Shown: positions 28,546 to 37,400, counted from the first letter of the stretch. The stretch: 64,000 bases of DNA from an uncultured Bdellovibrio sp. (GCA_963932905.1 CAWVRN010000022.1:1-64000); one strand, 5' to 3'. Made by a program: numbers and translations. Notes: generated by a model not told the origin, from the sequence alone.

Positions 28546-30187
28546 TCAAAAATCAGACATGTCAGATCGTGGTTTTTTAATTCTAACCACGGCGCTTGGA
28601 GCCGGAATTCTTTGGCTTAAGTATAAACTGCAAATTGTTACGTTTATCGTTAATTGGCGCATAGCAATTGCTTTTACGATTTCTCTCGGCGCTGTATTTG
28701 GTTTTCAATTGCTTCGCAAAAAGCTCAGAGCTAAGAATAAAGATTTAGACTTAGAGAATGAAATTGTGACACCAATAGATGACGAAGACGCCGTCTATGC
28801 AGGACTTTCAGTTAATGGCAAAAATATCTATGTGAAACAACCATTCAGAAGAATGCACACGCAAGTAGTCGGCACGACAAACGCTGGAAAAACTGAATCG
28901 GTTATTTTGCCTTGGGCCATTGACGACATTAAAAAACGTCGAGGGCTTTTAATCATTGATGGTAAATCCGACATGAGTCTTTTAAATAAGCTCTATGCTT
29001 ATGCCAAAAGACATCATCGTGAAAACGACATTAGAATTTTATCACTTTGTAATGTCGCAATCAGCCACTCTTTTAATCCCTTAAGCGGAGGCTCAGCACT
29101 TGAAATAACAGAGCGCGTTTTTAACGCCTTTAACTTTGAAAATGAATACTTTAAAAGTATTCAGTATGACGTTTTTCTTCATTCGTTGCTGATTCTAGAA
29201 GCTGTCGGTGTTAAACCGACGCCCTTAAGAATGATCGAATGCATGAAAAATGAAAAAGCTTTAGCAGATCTTGCCATTGCTTCAAAAAAGCCCCGACTTC
29301 AAGTTTGGGCCGGAGAATATCTAAAACTAAACCGTGAAGAGCGAGAGCAAAGAACAAGCGGCCTTGTGGCTCAACTTCAAAGTTTTGCGGTGGGCGAAAC
29401 GGCACAGGTGTTTAATACAGAAATTTCAGACATCAACCTTGAGCAAGCGTTAGAGCATAGCGAAATCATTTATTGCCAGCTTCCAGCTTTGAAAATTCCA
29501 ACGCTCGGAAAAGCGACTGGCAAAATGATTCTTCAGTGCTTACAAAGCGCGGTATCATCAAGGCACCTTGGGAAATATAATAACCAGAGCTTCTTTTCAG
29601 TTTACCTTGATGATTTTACAGAATACCTGACGCCAAGTTTTGTGACGCTATTAAATAAATCTCGAAGTGCCAATGTTGGGATCGTTTTTGCGCATCAGGC
29701 TCTCGGCGATCTTGATGGTCTGGGTGATGGGGTAAAGAACACCATTCTTACAAACTCGAATCTTAAAGTTTTTATGCGTACCAATGAACCCGAATCTGCC
29801 GAATATTTTTCATCAGTTATTGGCACGATTCAAGGATCAAAAGTAACTGAACGGCAAACTAAAAGTCTTTTCGGAAGTGAAAAAACTGGTGATGGTTCTA
29901 TTCGTGAAGTCGAAGAGTTTAAATATCATCCAAATGTCTTTAAGCAGGAGCTTGGCATCGGTGAAGCCGTGATGATTATTCCTCATGCTCAAGGCAGTCT
30001 TCCGATTCGGTTGAAATTCAAAAAATCTTTTGATCTAGATGCGCCTCAAGTTCCGCTCATTCAAAAACCAGAGCCGACGGGCCTTCCAAAACTTGAAAGC
30101 TCAGCTCCGGCGAATCAGCCGCAGACACCCTTGCGTGCTCGTGCGGATGTGATGACGGAGCTAACCCAAGAAAGGAAGGCGGTATGA
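28538..30187 (+). CDS. virD4: Type IV coupling protein (VirD4/TraD)
   Basis: Two N-terminal TM, Walker A GTTNAGKT, IIDGK, LDDF, KSRSA...AHQ. Confidence 0.92.
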   Translation: MSNQKSDMSDRGFLILTTALGAGILWLKYKLQIVTFIVNWRIAIAFTISLGAVFGFQLLRKKLRAKNKDLDLENEIVTPIDDEDAVYAGLSVNGKNIYVKQPFRRMHTQVVGTTNAGKTESVILPWAIDDIKKRRGLLIIDGKSDMSLLNKLYAYAKRHHRENDIRILSLCNVAISHSFNPLSGGSALEITERVFNAFNFENEYFKSIQYDVFLHSLLILEAVGVKPTPLRMIECMKNEKALADLAIASKKPRLQVWAGEYLKLNREEREQRTSGLVAQLQSFAVGETAQVFNTEISDINLEQALEHSEIIYCQLPALKIPTLGKATGKMILQCLQSAVSSRHLGKYNNQSFFSVYLDDFTEYLTPSFVTLLNKSRSANVGIVFAHQALGDLDGLGDGVKNTILTNSNLKVFMRTNEPESAEYFSSVIGTIQGSKVTERQTKSLFGSEKTGDGSIREVEEFKYHPNVFKQELGIGEAVMIIPHAQGSLPIRLKFKKSFDLDAPQVPLIQKPEPTGLPKLESSAPANQPQTPLRARADVMTELTQERKAV

Positions 30188-30477
30188 TGAAGCGTTTAGT
30201 TTTATCACTTCCCTTTGTTTTGGCTAGCTGTGCTCATTCGCCAAAGTGCGGAAATCCAGAGGGCGCAAGAATCATTTTTACAGGTAAAAAAACTTGTGAA
30301 GTCCGTATTCGCCAGGTGACGATGGGATCAGAGCTTAAAATCCCACAATCACTAAAAGGTGCAGCACTTGCGGATTTTACCCTAGACTGGATAGAACCAA
30401 CATTAGAATCTGGCCGGATTGAGCTTGGACACTTTGTTTTAATTCCGTCATCTAACTCAAAGGATCAAGCACGATGA
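30184..30477 (+). CDS. Small lipoprotein (VirB7/TraV-like or entry exclusion)
   Basis: Lipobox VLASC. Confidence 0.6.
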   Translation: MMKRLVLSLPFVLASCAHSPKCGNPEGARIIFTGKKTCEVRIRQVTMGSELKIPQSLKGAALADFTLDWIEPTLESGRIELGHFVLIPSSNSKDQAR

Positions 30478-31289
30478 GAACCCCAAGCAATAAAATCATT
30501 TTAGATTCCTTAGAATTCGCAGCACGCTGGGGCTTTTTGACGCGAGAACTTTTTTTTGATTTTATTTGCCCAATGAGTCAGGCGCAGCAGTACCGCTATT
30601 GGAATTACCTAATGACCTCCGGCTTATTTGTAAAATCCCGACACTCAACGAATAATCTAATTTTAGCAAAGAAGGGACGAGCGGATTTTGGCAGCTCCGC
30701 ACGTCCGGCAAGATCACATTTCTATGTCGATCATGACGCACTTGTGGCAAGATTCTTTTTTGCCTTTGAAAATCGAGGCTTGATCGCGAGCTCTTGGCTT
30801 GAAGATGAATTTATGCGTAACCCTGTTGAAGCTTATGACGTTTTGGGTATGCCCCAGATTCAGCGTATACCGGATTTAGTATTTGATTTAAAAACAGCGA
30901 ACGGTTCCACTGTTCGATGCGCATTAGAGATCGAAAAGGTTACAAAATCTCAATCGCGTTATGCAAAAATGGCACTGGCGTATTTGAATGCCAGTAAGAT
31001 TGACGTAATTCTATTTGGTTGTATTCAACCAACAACGGAAAGAATTGTTCAGCGAGCGTTCAACACCGCAGCTCTTTTAGAATCTAAGCGAATACCAGGA
31101 ACATTTTTGCTTGATGAATTCGATCCTGGATCACTTGAAACAAGTTTGAAGTTTCAAAGCAACACAATGAGCATCAAGCGATTTGTCGAAGTTGTTACAA
31201 AGCAAAGTGTTCCGCAAATGAGAAAATCACGAGAAAAACGCGATTCTGAATTCTCATCAGAAATAAATAAAAAACCGGAGGCTGCATGA
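30474..31289 (+). CDS. Replication-relaxation (Replic_Relax)-like protein, putative relaxase
   Basis: N-terminal wHTH-like region, HD, PD....ALEIEK..KS..RY PD-(D/E)XK-type motif; follows coupling protein. Confidence 0.65.
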   Translation: MRTPSNKIILDSLEFAARWGFLTRELFFDFICPMSQAQQYRYWNYLMTSGLFVKSRHSTNNLILAKKGRADFGSSARPARSHFYVDHDALVARFFFAFENRGLIASSWLEDEFMRNPVEAYDVLGMPQIQRIPDLVFDLKTANGSTVRCALEIEKVTKSQSRYAKMALAYLNASKIDVILFGCIQPTTERIVQRAFNTAALLESKRIPGTFLLDEFDPGSLETSLKFQSNTMSIKRFVEVVTKQSVPQMRKSREKRDSEFSSEINKKPEAA

Positions 31290-31780
31290 TGACTTTCCAA
31301 AGTAAATTCAACATGATCGCGCCCACCCAATCCCGTCCCCTTAAATCTACGATTTTTCCTGACCACTCCCACCCAACGATGTTGGTTGAAAGTGGTCAGG
31401 AACCAGGGGACGAGATTGGGTGGAAAACAAAAAATCCAAAAAAAAATAGTAAAAAAGAAATTAGAAGAGAAGAGTACAAAGCGAAACAAAGAGAATTATA
31501 TCCGGTAGGCAGATGGAGTCAGCGGCTGTCGATTGCAGAATTAGTGCCGTTTGATGGGTGTGGCTTTGATTGTAATTTTGTGCAGGGCCTACCAGATATA
31601 ATTCTCATCGCTCCGTATGATGAGGGATTCCGTACCGTCATCCCTAGGCTTGGATGGGATCACCCTAACGAGTGCCCCGCTGTTCTCTGTGTCGCGCATA
31701 AGCGCGACTTTTATCAGCACGATCAAGCTACAACCAAAACAGAAAATTCAAATCACAAACCAAAGGAGGTGCCATTATGA
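31286..31780 (+). CDS. Hypothetical protein
   Basis: ATGA-coupled at both ends with SD; overlaps the hairpin region. Confidence 0.5.
   Translation: MMTFQSKFNMIAPTQSRPLKSTIFPDHSHPTMLVESGQEPGDEIGWKTKNPKKNSKKEIRREEYKAKQRELYPVGRWSQRLSIAELVPFDGCGFDCNFVQGLPDIILIAPYDEGFRTVIPRLGWDHPNECPAVLCVAHKRDFYQHDQATTKTENSNHKPKEVPL
31323..31423. repeat. Nested inverted repeats (~100-nt hairpin), candidate oriT or structured RNA
   Basis: Arms 31323-31341/31405-31423 (18/19), 31356-31367/31391-31402 (12/12), 31373-31377/31381-31385. Confidence 0.75.
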
Positions 31781-32190
31781 AGGAGGAAAAGGAAGTAAAC
31801 GATCCAAAACAAGAATCAGACAACATAATCAAGATTACGATCACGAAGGAAGCTGGTGAAACCCTTGCGACGCTCGTAGTTCGTGCGAACGAAGGGTTTG
31901 ACGGTGGAAAAATCAATCGCCAAAACCTAGCGAGTTACATCATCGAGAAATACAAAAACAGTTTCTCAGATCGCGAACTGGCTCATCTGAGGCAGCTTCA
32001 CTATGACGATGCCGCCATGTTGGAGGCCATGTATAAGAAAATGAAAGAAACTGGCGAGATCCCAGATTTCTTGCGGGAGGCCCTTAAAAAGCAGTTCCAA
32101 GGGAATGACGAGCTGCCCAAACGGAACCGTAAGTCCTTGACTAAGGAGTACATCAATGATGAACTTCGAGAACATGAGGACGCAGCATGA
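31777..32190 (+). CDS. Hypothetical protein (possible ribbon-helix-helix accessory factor)
   Basis: SD AAGGAGGT; KITITKEA...L strand-helix pattern. Confidence 0.6.
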   Translation: MKEEKEVNDPKQESDNIIKITITKEAGETLATLVVRANEGFDGGKINRQNLASYIIEKYKNSFSDRELAHLRQLHYDDAAMLEAMYKKMKETGEIPDFLREALKKQFQGNDELPKRNRKSLTKEYINDELREHEDAA

Positions 32191-32441
32191 TTGGATCAGA
32201 ATTCAAGGCGATAAGAGAAAGGCTCGGCCTATCTCAGGACGAGTTGGCGGTATTGTTATGCCTTTCTGGAAAGCAGGCTGTCAGCAATATCGAAACTGGA
32301 TTTCGGAACCCAAGCAAACTTTCGGCGGTCTTGATGCTTGTATTCAACAGTCTTTCGGATGCCAAATTCAAGGAATTGAAATCACTTATTCTCAAGCATT
32401 CCGATGGCGTTTTGAAGGATTCCAAGCGGAGCAACCGATGA
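32187..32441 (+). CDS. XRE-family HTH regulator
   Basis: FKAIRERLGLSQDELA......VSNIETG.RNPS. Confidence 0.9.
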   Translation: MIGSEFKAIRERLGLSQDELAVLLCLSGKQAVSNIETGFRNPSKLSAVLMLVFNSLSDAKFKELKSLILKHSDGVLKDSKRSNR

Positions 32442-32638
32442 CTGCGGGGCGAAAACCAAATCCCTTTTACATCGTAGATTCAAGCCTTCCAGTGAACCTA
32501 ATCCCGACGCCGGAATCATCTGATGAGTTCCAAAAGCGTCGCGAAGAAGTGCAAGACATGATTGTCCGAATTCTTCTCACGGGAAAGAAACGCGGTCGTC
32601 CATCTAAGAAGGAGGAAAACATTGAAAACGCAGCTTAA
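32438..32638 (+). CDS. 66-aa basic protein, candidate recombination directionality factor
   Basis: ATG 32438 overlaps XRE stop; KKRGRPSKK AT-hook-like motif; overlaps integrase start. Confidence 0.6.
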   Translation: MTAGRKPNPFYIVDSSLPVNLIPTPESSDEFQKRREEVQDMIVRILLTGKKRGRPSKKEENIENAA

Positions 32639-34337
32639 GATAGGAGCTTACCTTCGAGTTTCCACTGATCGCCAAGTTCAGGTCTTTGAAGGATCTTTAG
32701 ATACACAAAAATATCGAATGCTGGAGTTCGTGAAAAACAAAAACAAAGAAGTTAAAAACTGGGGTGAAATCGTCGAATTTTATGTTGATGAAGGTCTCTC
32801 TGCTGGGACAGTCAAAAGACCTCAATACCAGAAGCTCATGACAGACGTTCGCAATGGAAAAGTGAATTTGATTTTAGTGGCCGACATTTCTCGACTTTCG
32901 AGAAGTGTGCATGATTTCAGTATTCTTTTGAAAGAGCTTGAGCAATGCAATGCTAGCTATCTTTCAATGAAAGAGCAATTTGATACAACGACTCCGGCTG
33001 GTCGCCTCATGATAAATATGGTCGTCAATATGGCTCAGTTTGAGCGTGAGCAAACCTCCGAACGAGTATCTATCAATGTCAGTTCGCGAGCTATGCGCGG
33101 CTTTGTTAGCGGTGGCAAAACACCATTCGGTTATGACAGAGACAAAGATCGACCAGGATCATTTTTGGTGAACGAAAAGGAAGCGAAAGACATTCGCACA
33201 GTATTTCGCGTGTTTTTGGAGCAAGGTAGCGTTGGAAAAACTATTCCAGTCATTGAGGCACTCGGGATTTTTCCGCGACCAGCGAAGTCAAAGAAAGATG
33301 GGCTTGTATCCAAGAAGTGGGGATATGACCAGTTGAAGGACTTGTTGTCGAATCCGGCCTATATTGGAATTAAGGAAGTAAACAAGAAGCAACGAAACAG
33401 TGACCCCGATACATTGAAACCATGGCAAACGTACCAGCAAGTTAAAGCTTCGTGGCCTGCAATAGTAAAAGAGAATGAATATCGAGAAGTTCAGAATATT
33501 CTCGAAGAAAATCTACAAATCGAAAGACGACGTGTTGAAGGGAGCGAGCGACGCATCTTTCTTCTGTCTGGAATTTTACAATGTGGGGAATGTGGTAGAG
33601 CTTTAACAGGACAATCCTCGCATGGATCGCAGAATGTTCATCGCTATTACGCCCATGTAGAAAAACGAATTAGCAATGTTAGTTGCGCCGTTAAAAGACT
33701 TCGTGCTGATGAGGTTGAGCAAGCAGTAGTTAATCACTTCACCGAGGCTGTAAGCCGAGCTAGATATTTTGATAATCTTGAAATGAAGTTGGCCGAAAGT
33801 ACAAAGGGTGAACCTGCGCGAATCAAGGAAGAAATTGATCGTGCTAAAGAGGCATTGGCAAATCTAGAAAAGGAAATCGCCGCCACTTTCCGGTTCCAAC
33901 TTCAATCGGCTGGTGGAACTGAGGCGGCTCACCTTACCGCCCAACATTTGGAAAAATTAGGTCGAGACAAGAAGATCGTAATGAATCGTATGTTGGAGTT
34001 GGAAGAAATTGAACATTCACAGAAAGACTCCGCCGGATTGAGAAATGTCATTGAAATCAACATGAAGGAACTCAAGAGATGTTTTCATAAGGCAACGCCT
34101 GCGACCAAGCGACGACTCATCAGAAAAGTTTTATGGAAATTGGTTTATCAACCAAAGGGTTTGGACGCTTATTTTAATTTTGAAGAAGGCCATAGCAGCT
34201 TGAAACCAGCATCTGGCGAATCCGGCGAAATGGGCAAACTGGTGCCTTTTAAACAAAAAAAGCAGGCTGAACCTGCTTTGAATCTCTCGTTTGAATTTTT
34301 GCGAGTTGAAGGAATTGGATGGGGTAGCAGGACTTGA
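32622..34337 (+). CDS. Large serine recombinase (integrase), 571 aa in integrated form
   Basis: YLRVST catalytic Ser, DEG.S...RP, SRLSR, RD domain, CGECG zinc ribbon, coiled coil; TTG start after GGAGG; last codons run antisense into the tRNA. Confidence 0.96.
   Translation: MKTQLKIGAYLRVSTDRQVQVFEGSLDTQKYRMLEFVKNKNKEVKNWGEIVEFYVDEGLSAGTVKRPQYQKLMTDVRNGKVNLILVADISRLSRSVHDFSILLKELEQCNASYLSMKEQFDTTTPAGRLMINMVVNMAQFEREQTSERVSINVSSRAMRGFVSGGKTPFGYDRDKDRPGSFLVNEKEAKDIRTVFRVFLEQGSVGKTIPVIEALGIFPRPAKSKKDGLVSKKWGYDQLKDLLSNPAYIGIKEVNKKQRNSDPDTLKPWQTYQQVKASWPAIVKENEYREVQNILEENLQIERRRVEGSERRIFLLSGILQCGECGRALTGQSSHGSQNVHRYYAHVEKRISNVSCAVKRLRADEVEQAVVNHFTEAVSRARYFDNLEMKLAESTKGEPARIKEEIDRAKEALANLEKEIAATFRFQLQSAGGTEAAHLTAQHLEKLGRDKKIVMNRMLELEEIEHSQKDSAGLRNVIEINMKELKRCFHKATPATKRRLIRKVLWKLVYQPKGLDAYFNFEEGHSSLKPASGESGEMGKLVPFKQKKQAEPALNLSFEFLRVEGIGWGSRT
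34251..34279 (-). terminator. Intrinsic terminator for tRNA-Gln embedded in integrase CDS
   Basis: Minus strand AGCAGG-TTCAG-CCTGCT followed by a T tract, ~40 nt past the CCA. Confidence 0.65.
34295..34321. other. Right attachment junction (element P arm + tRNA half-site)
   Basis: TTGCGAGTTG-aaggaa-TTGGA-TG, mirror of the arm at 83-103. Confidence 0.85.
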
Positions 34338-34391
34338 ACCTGCGAATGATAGAATCAAAATCTATTGCCTTACCAACTTGGCGATACCCCA
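34316..34391 (-). tRNA. tRNA-Gln (anticodon UUG)
   Basis: 76 nt TGGGGTA...TACCCCA-T-CCA, anticodon arm ATAGA-TTTTGAT-TCTAT, T arm GCAGG-TTCAAGT-CCTGC. Confidence 0.97.
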
Positions 34392-34486
34392 ACATAGAAA
34401 TGACTTGTCTAGTAGTATTGAAAATCAAACGAAATGACAAGGGTTTTTTCGGCCCTTGTCCACTTAAAATGGGTATCGCTGATAAA

Positions 34487-35932
34487 CTAATCAGCGATGG
34501 TAACTACGATGATGCGGTTTCCACGGGCAATGCGGAATGTGTTTGCCTTCTGTTTAAGCTTGGCAAATACATCTTTGGCTGTTGTGACCTCTTCTTTATT
34601 TACGTCTAAAATCAAATCTCCGGCTCTTAAGCCTGCCAATGACGCCATTGTCCCCTGTTCTACCTGGATAATGATTGGTTTTTTGACCTCGGGTGGGACA
34701 TCCCATTGGTCCCTTAAGTTGTCATCGAGGTCGGCCAGCGTAAACCCGAAATTGTTCGGGGCCTTCTGACCTGGGGGTAGTTTTTGGCTTTTGCTTATTT
34801 TTTGGGCTAATCTTTGGTCGGATGGGCGTTCAGCGATTTGAACGTTGAGGTTTACTTTTTTGCGGTCACGTTGAACCACCATTTTTACTTTTTCGCCTAT
34901 TTTGCTATCCGCGACCGCATCCATCATGTCTGTCGAAGATTTGATTTTGCGGCCACCAACTTCAATTACTATATCATAGGGTTTTAATCCCGCCATATTC
35001 GCTGGCCCGCCGGCCTCTACGCCCACGATCACCGCTCCGCCGGACTCTTCATCCAATCCTACATGTGTCGCTGCCTCAGGATCCAAATCGCCCAAGCTTA
35101 CACCGATGTATCCCTTACGAATGCTGCCTCTAGATTCTAAATCAGGCAGGATTTTTTTCACGTCATCGATGGGAATTGCAAATCCGATCCCTTGTGCGCG
35201 GGCGTCGATCGCTTGATTGATACCGATCACGTAACCTTTCGAGTTAACCAATGGGCCACCGGAATTTCCCGGATTAATGCTGGCGTCCGTTTGTAATAGC
35301 GGAACCTTATTAATTTCTCCTAGTGATCGGCCCATTGAACTGATGATTCCCTTTGTCATGCTGTGACCATGGCCGAATGGATTACCGAAGGCGGCGACCC
35401 ATTCTCCGACTTGAATATCTTTGCTGGTACCCAAAGAGACTGCCGGCAGTTTGTTGCCCGCATCGATCTTGATCAATGCGATATCCAAACGCGCATCCGA
35501 TCCTATCAGTTTTGCATCGTACGTTTTTTCTGAATTTTCAGTTAGCTGAACTTGGATTAAGTCAGCACCTTGTACGACGTGGTTATTTGTTAGAATCAAA
35601 CCATCTTCACGGATGATGAAACCCGTTCCTAATGACAGTTTCTGAGGTTTATTTGTGCGCGGCTGTTGTTGCGGGCGCACGCCGTAGAACTGTTCAAACA
35701 GTTCCATCATTGGATCACGCAGTCGTGCCCCGCGCGCAATCGCGCTGGTGGAAATATTGACCACGGCAGGGTTTACGTTTTTAGCCAGTTCGATAAATAA
35801 ATTTGCTGGCAATGGATCCGACAACTTTAAGGGAGGGGGCGGCTTCGAAGTAAACTGAGCTTCCGTATTGTAAGAAAAAAGACCGTAAGCCAAAACAACT
35901 AATAGAACCAGCGACGTGGACAGCTTTTTCAT
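34487..35932 (-). CDS. degP: DegP/HtrA serine protease with two PDZ domains
   Basis: TNNHVV, DIAL, QTDASINPGNSGGPL; start ATG 35932 after GGAGG. Confidence 0.95.
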   Translation of the reverse strand: MKKLSTSLVLLVVLAYGLFSYNTEAQFTSKPPPPLKLSDPLPANLFIELAKNVNPAVVNISTSAIARGARLRDPMMELFEQFYGVRPQQQPRTNKPQKLSLGTGFIIREDGLILTNNHVVQGADLIQVQLTENSEKTYDAKLIGSDARLDIALIKIDAGNKLPAVSLGTSKDIQVGEWVAAFGNPFGHGHSMTKGIISSMGRSLGEINKVPLLQTDASINPGNSGGPLVNSKGYVIGINQAIDARAQGIGFAIPIDDVKKILPDLESRGSIRKGYIGVSLGDLDPEAATHVGLDEESGGAVIVGVEAGGPANMAGLKPYDIVIEVGGRKIKSSTDMMDAVADSKIGEKVKMVVQRDRKKVNLNVQIAERPSDQRLAQKISKSQKLPPGQKAPNNFGFTLADLDDNLRDQWDVPPEVKKPIIIQVEQGTMASLAGLRAGDLILDVNKEEVTTAKDVFAKLKQKANTFRIARGNRIIVVTIAD

Positions 35933-36132
35933 TTTTATTCCTCCAAATGAATGCTCAGGATTTACTTTGTTAACATAAGTATGCAAATCCGATGCGCAAG
36001 GTTTAGAAGTAATAAAATTTATTGAAAATGACAATTTAGCTATTTAATTAGCTTTGGGCGTTAGTGGTCCAGTCTGAAATGGATGGCCTAGTTTCGTTTC
36101 GGATCCACCCATTTTGGCTCTGTCTCTGAATT

Positions 36133-36381
36133 TTACATTTGGACAAAGCGAGTTTGCAAATCTTGAATTAGGCTTGCGATTAGGTGGGATTCATCGTCTG
36201 TTAGGTTTGATTTTGTTTTTTCACGTAACATCATCAGTAAATCGATGTTAAATTTAGCCATGTTTTTGTCGACGCGCGTTTCCCCCGTTTCTTGATCGGG
36301 GGCTAGGCCCAATGACATCGCCGCAGATGAGGCAATTGATAGTACCAGTGATGAAAAATCGGCTTTGATCTGATCTGACAT
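36133..36381 (-). CDS. DUF1844 family protein
   Basis: F..LV.S....A...LG..P......AK..ID.L.ML.EKT.GNL-like motif. Confidence 0.8.
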   Translation of the reverse strand: MSDQIKADFSSLVLSIASSAAMSLGLAPDQETGETRVDKNMAKFNIDLLMMLREKTKSNLTDDESHLIASLIQDLQTRFVQM

Positions 36382-36415
36382 TTAAAAAGTCTCCCTTGCC
36401 CTTTATTTATAAAGA

Positions 36416-37249
36416 TTAAAGCGGACTGTGTCCAATTAAATGAACAATTCGGCGTTGCACACTGGGGTGAATGCGTTCGAAAAAACTCTGTAATTGATAG
36501 GACGGGTGCACCAAAAATAAATGTGCGGTTCCTTCGGGAATTGTGTCTGGCAAGGTTTTCGAATAACCATCTAATTTCCAAAGCAATTCACAGAATTGGC
36601 GTTTGTCTTTCAAAACTTCGCAGCATAATCGATCATTGCGATAATAGGAATCTGTGTTCGCGATCGATTTCACTAATGCCCAGATGAGCGGTTTTGAAAT
36701 CGCTGAAAATAATATGAAATTATTTTTGAAAACAAATTTTAGAAAAATAACTTGATCCAAAAAATAGGCAAATCCAGCGATCGTGTTCGCCAGCACGCTG
36801 ACCACACCAAAGGCAAAGGAATCCATTTTTTTAATTTGGCACAGGCATAGTAAAATCACTTGTTCTAATTCTGCGCGCGACAAATGATTAACGCTGCCAC
36901 TGGAAATAAAAATCGTAGGAGAGTTCCAAAATAGACCCAGTGTGAATGAATTGATCGATTCCGATTCGTAAATTCTGATTTTTGGTTTTTCCATTTTTAA
37001 TTGTTCGCACAAAACATCGCGAACTCGCAAAGCGCCGTAAGGATCCTGGCCTTTGAGTTCTGTGGATTTAAAGAAATTGTATAACTTGAAATCCCCGTAA
37101 ATAAATATAAGTACGTTAAAAAACAGCGAAAAGAAAAATCCAACGATCAAACCCAGGCGCCCAAATGCTGAGTAACCATAAAATAGTAACGAGATACTTG
37201 ATACCAGTATGAACAGCCAGACTTTTGTCGAATTTGAAAACGTCACCAT
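36416..37249 (-). CDS. HtpX/M48-like membrane protein lacking HEXXH
   Basis: HtpX layout, N.F..G, L...EL..V, C-terminal HPS...RI; HEXXH replaced by LCLCQ. Confidence 0.7.
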   Translation of the reverse strand: MVTFSNSTKVWLFILVSSISLLFYGYSAFGRLGLIVGFFFSLFFNVLIFIYGDFKLYNFFKSTELKGQDPYGALRVRDVLCEQLKMEKPKIRIYESESINSFTLGLFWNSPTIFISSGSVNHLSRAELEQVILLCLCQIKKMDSFAFGVVSVLANTIAGFAYFLDQVIFLKFVFKNNFILFSAISKPLIWALVKSIANTDSYYRNDRLCCEVLKDKRQFCELLWKLDGYSKTLPDTIPEGTAHLFLVHPSYQLQSFFERIHPSVQRRIVHLIGHSPL

Positions 37250-37400
37250 ACGGATATTATTCTACTGCGTGAAATTTTAAGCAACAAAATTTCCTTAGGC
37301 GTCATACCTATACCTGGATGATTTTATTTATATTTTCATGAATTCTAAAGCATACTTAATTAGTTAGATTTTCAAATCATACATTTGTGAAGGATTAAGG

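Larger units (their letters stand above)
83..34321. mobile_element. Integrative conjugative element (~34.2 kb) inserted at the 3' end of tRNA-Gln(UUG)
   Basis: Bounded by direct repeat AATTGGATG (74-82 and 34313-34321) containing the tRNA 3' end; contains large serine recombinase, VirB4, VirD4-like coupling protein and other T4SS genes; host housekeeping genes resume right of the tRNA. Confidence 0.9.

Noticed and set aside
32156..32437. 160-aa ORF as listed in the track
   Set aside because: N-terminal part overlaps the XRE gene in another frame; only 32438-32638 has a coupled start
34319..34319. U73 discriminator in tRNA-Gln as possible integration damage
   Set aside because: The host half-site at position 80 has the same base, so the tRNA was restored unchanged
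34249..34609. ORFs overlapping the tRNA on both strands
   Set aside because: Shadow ORFs of tRNA-Gln and degP
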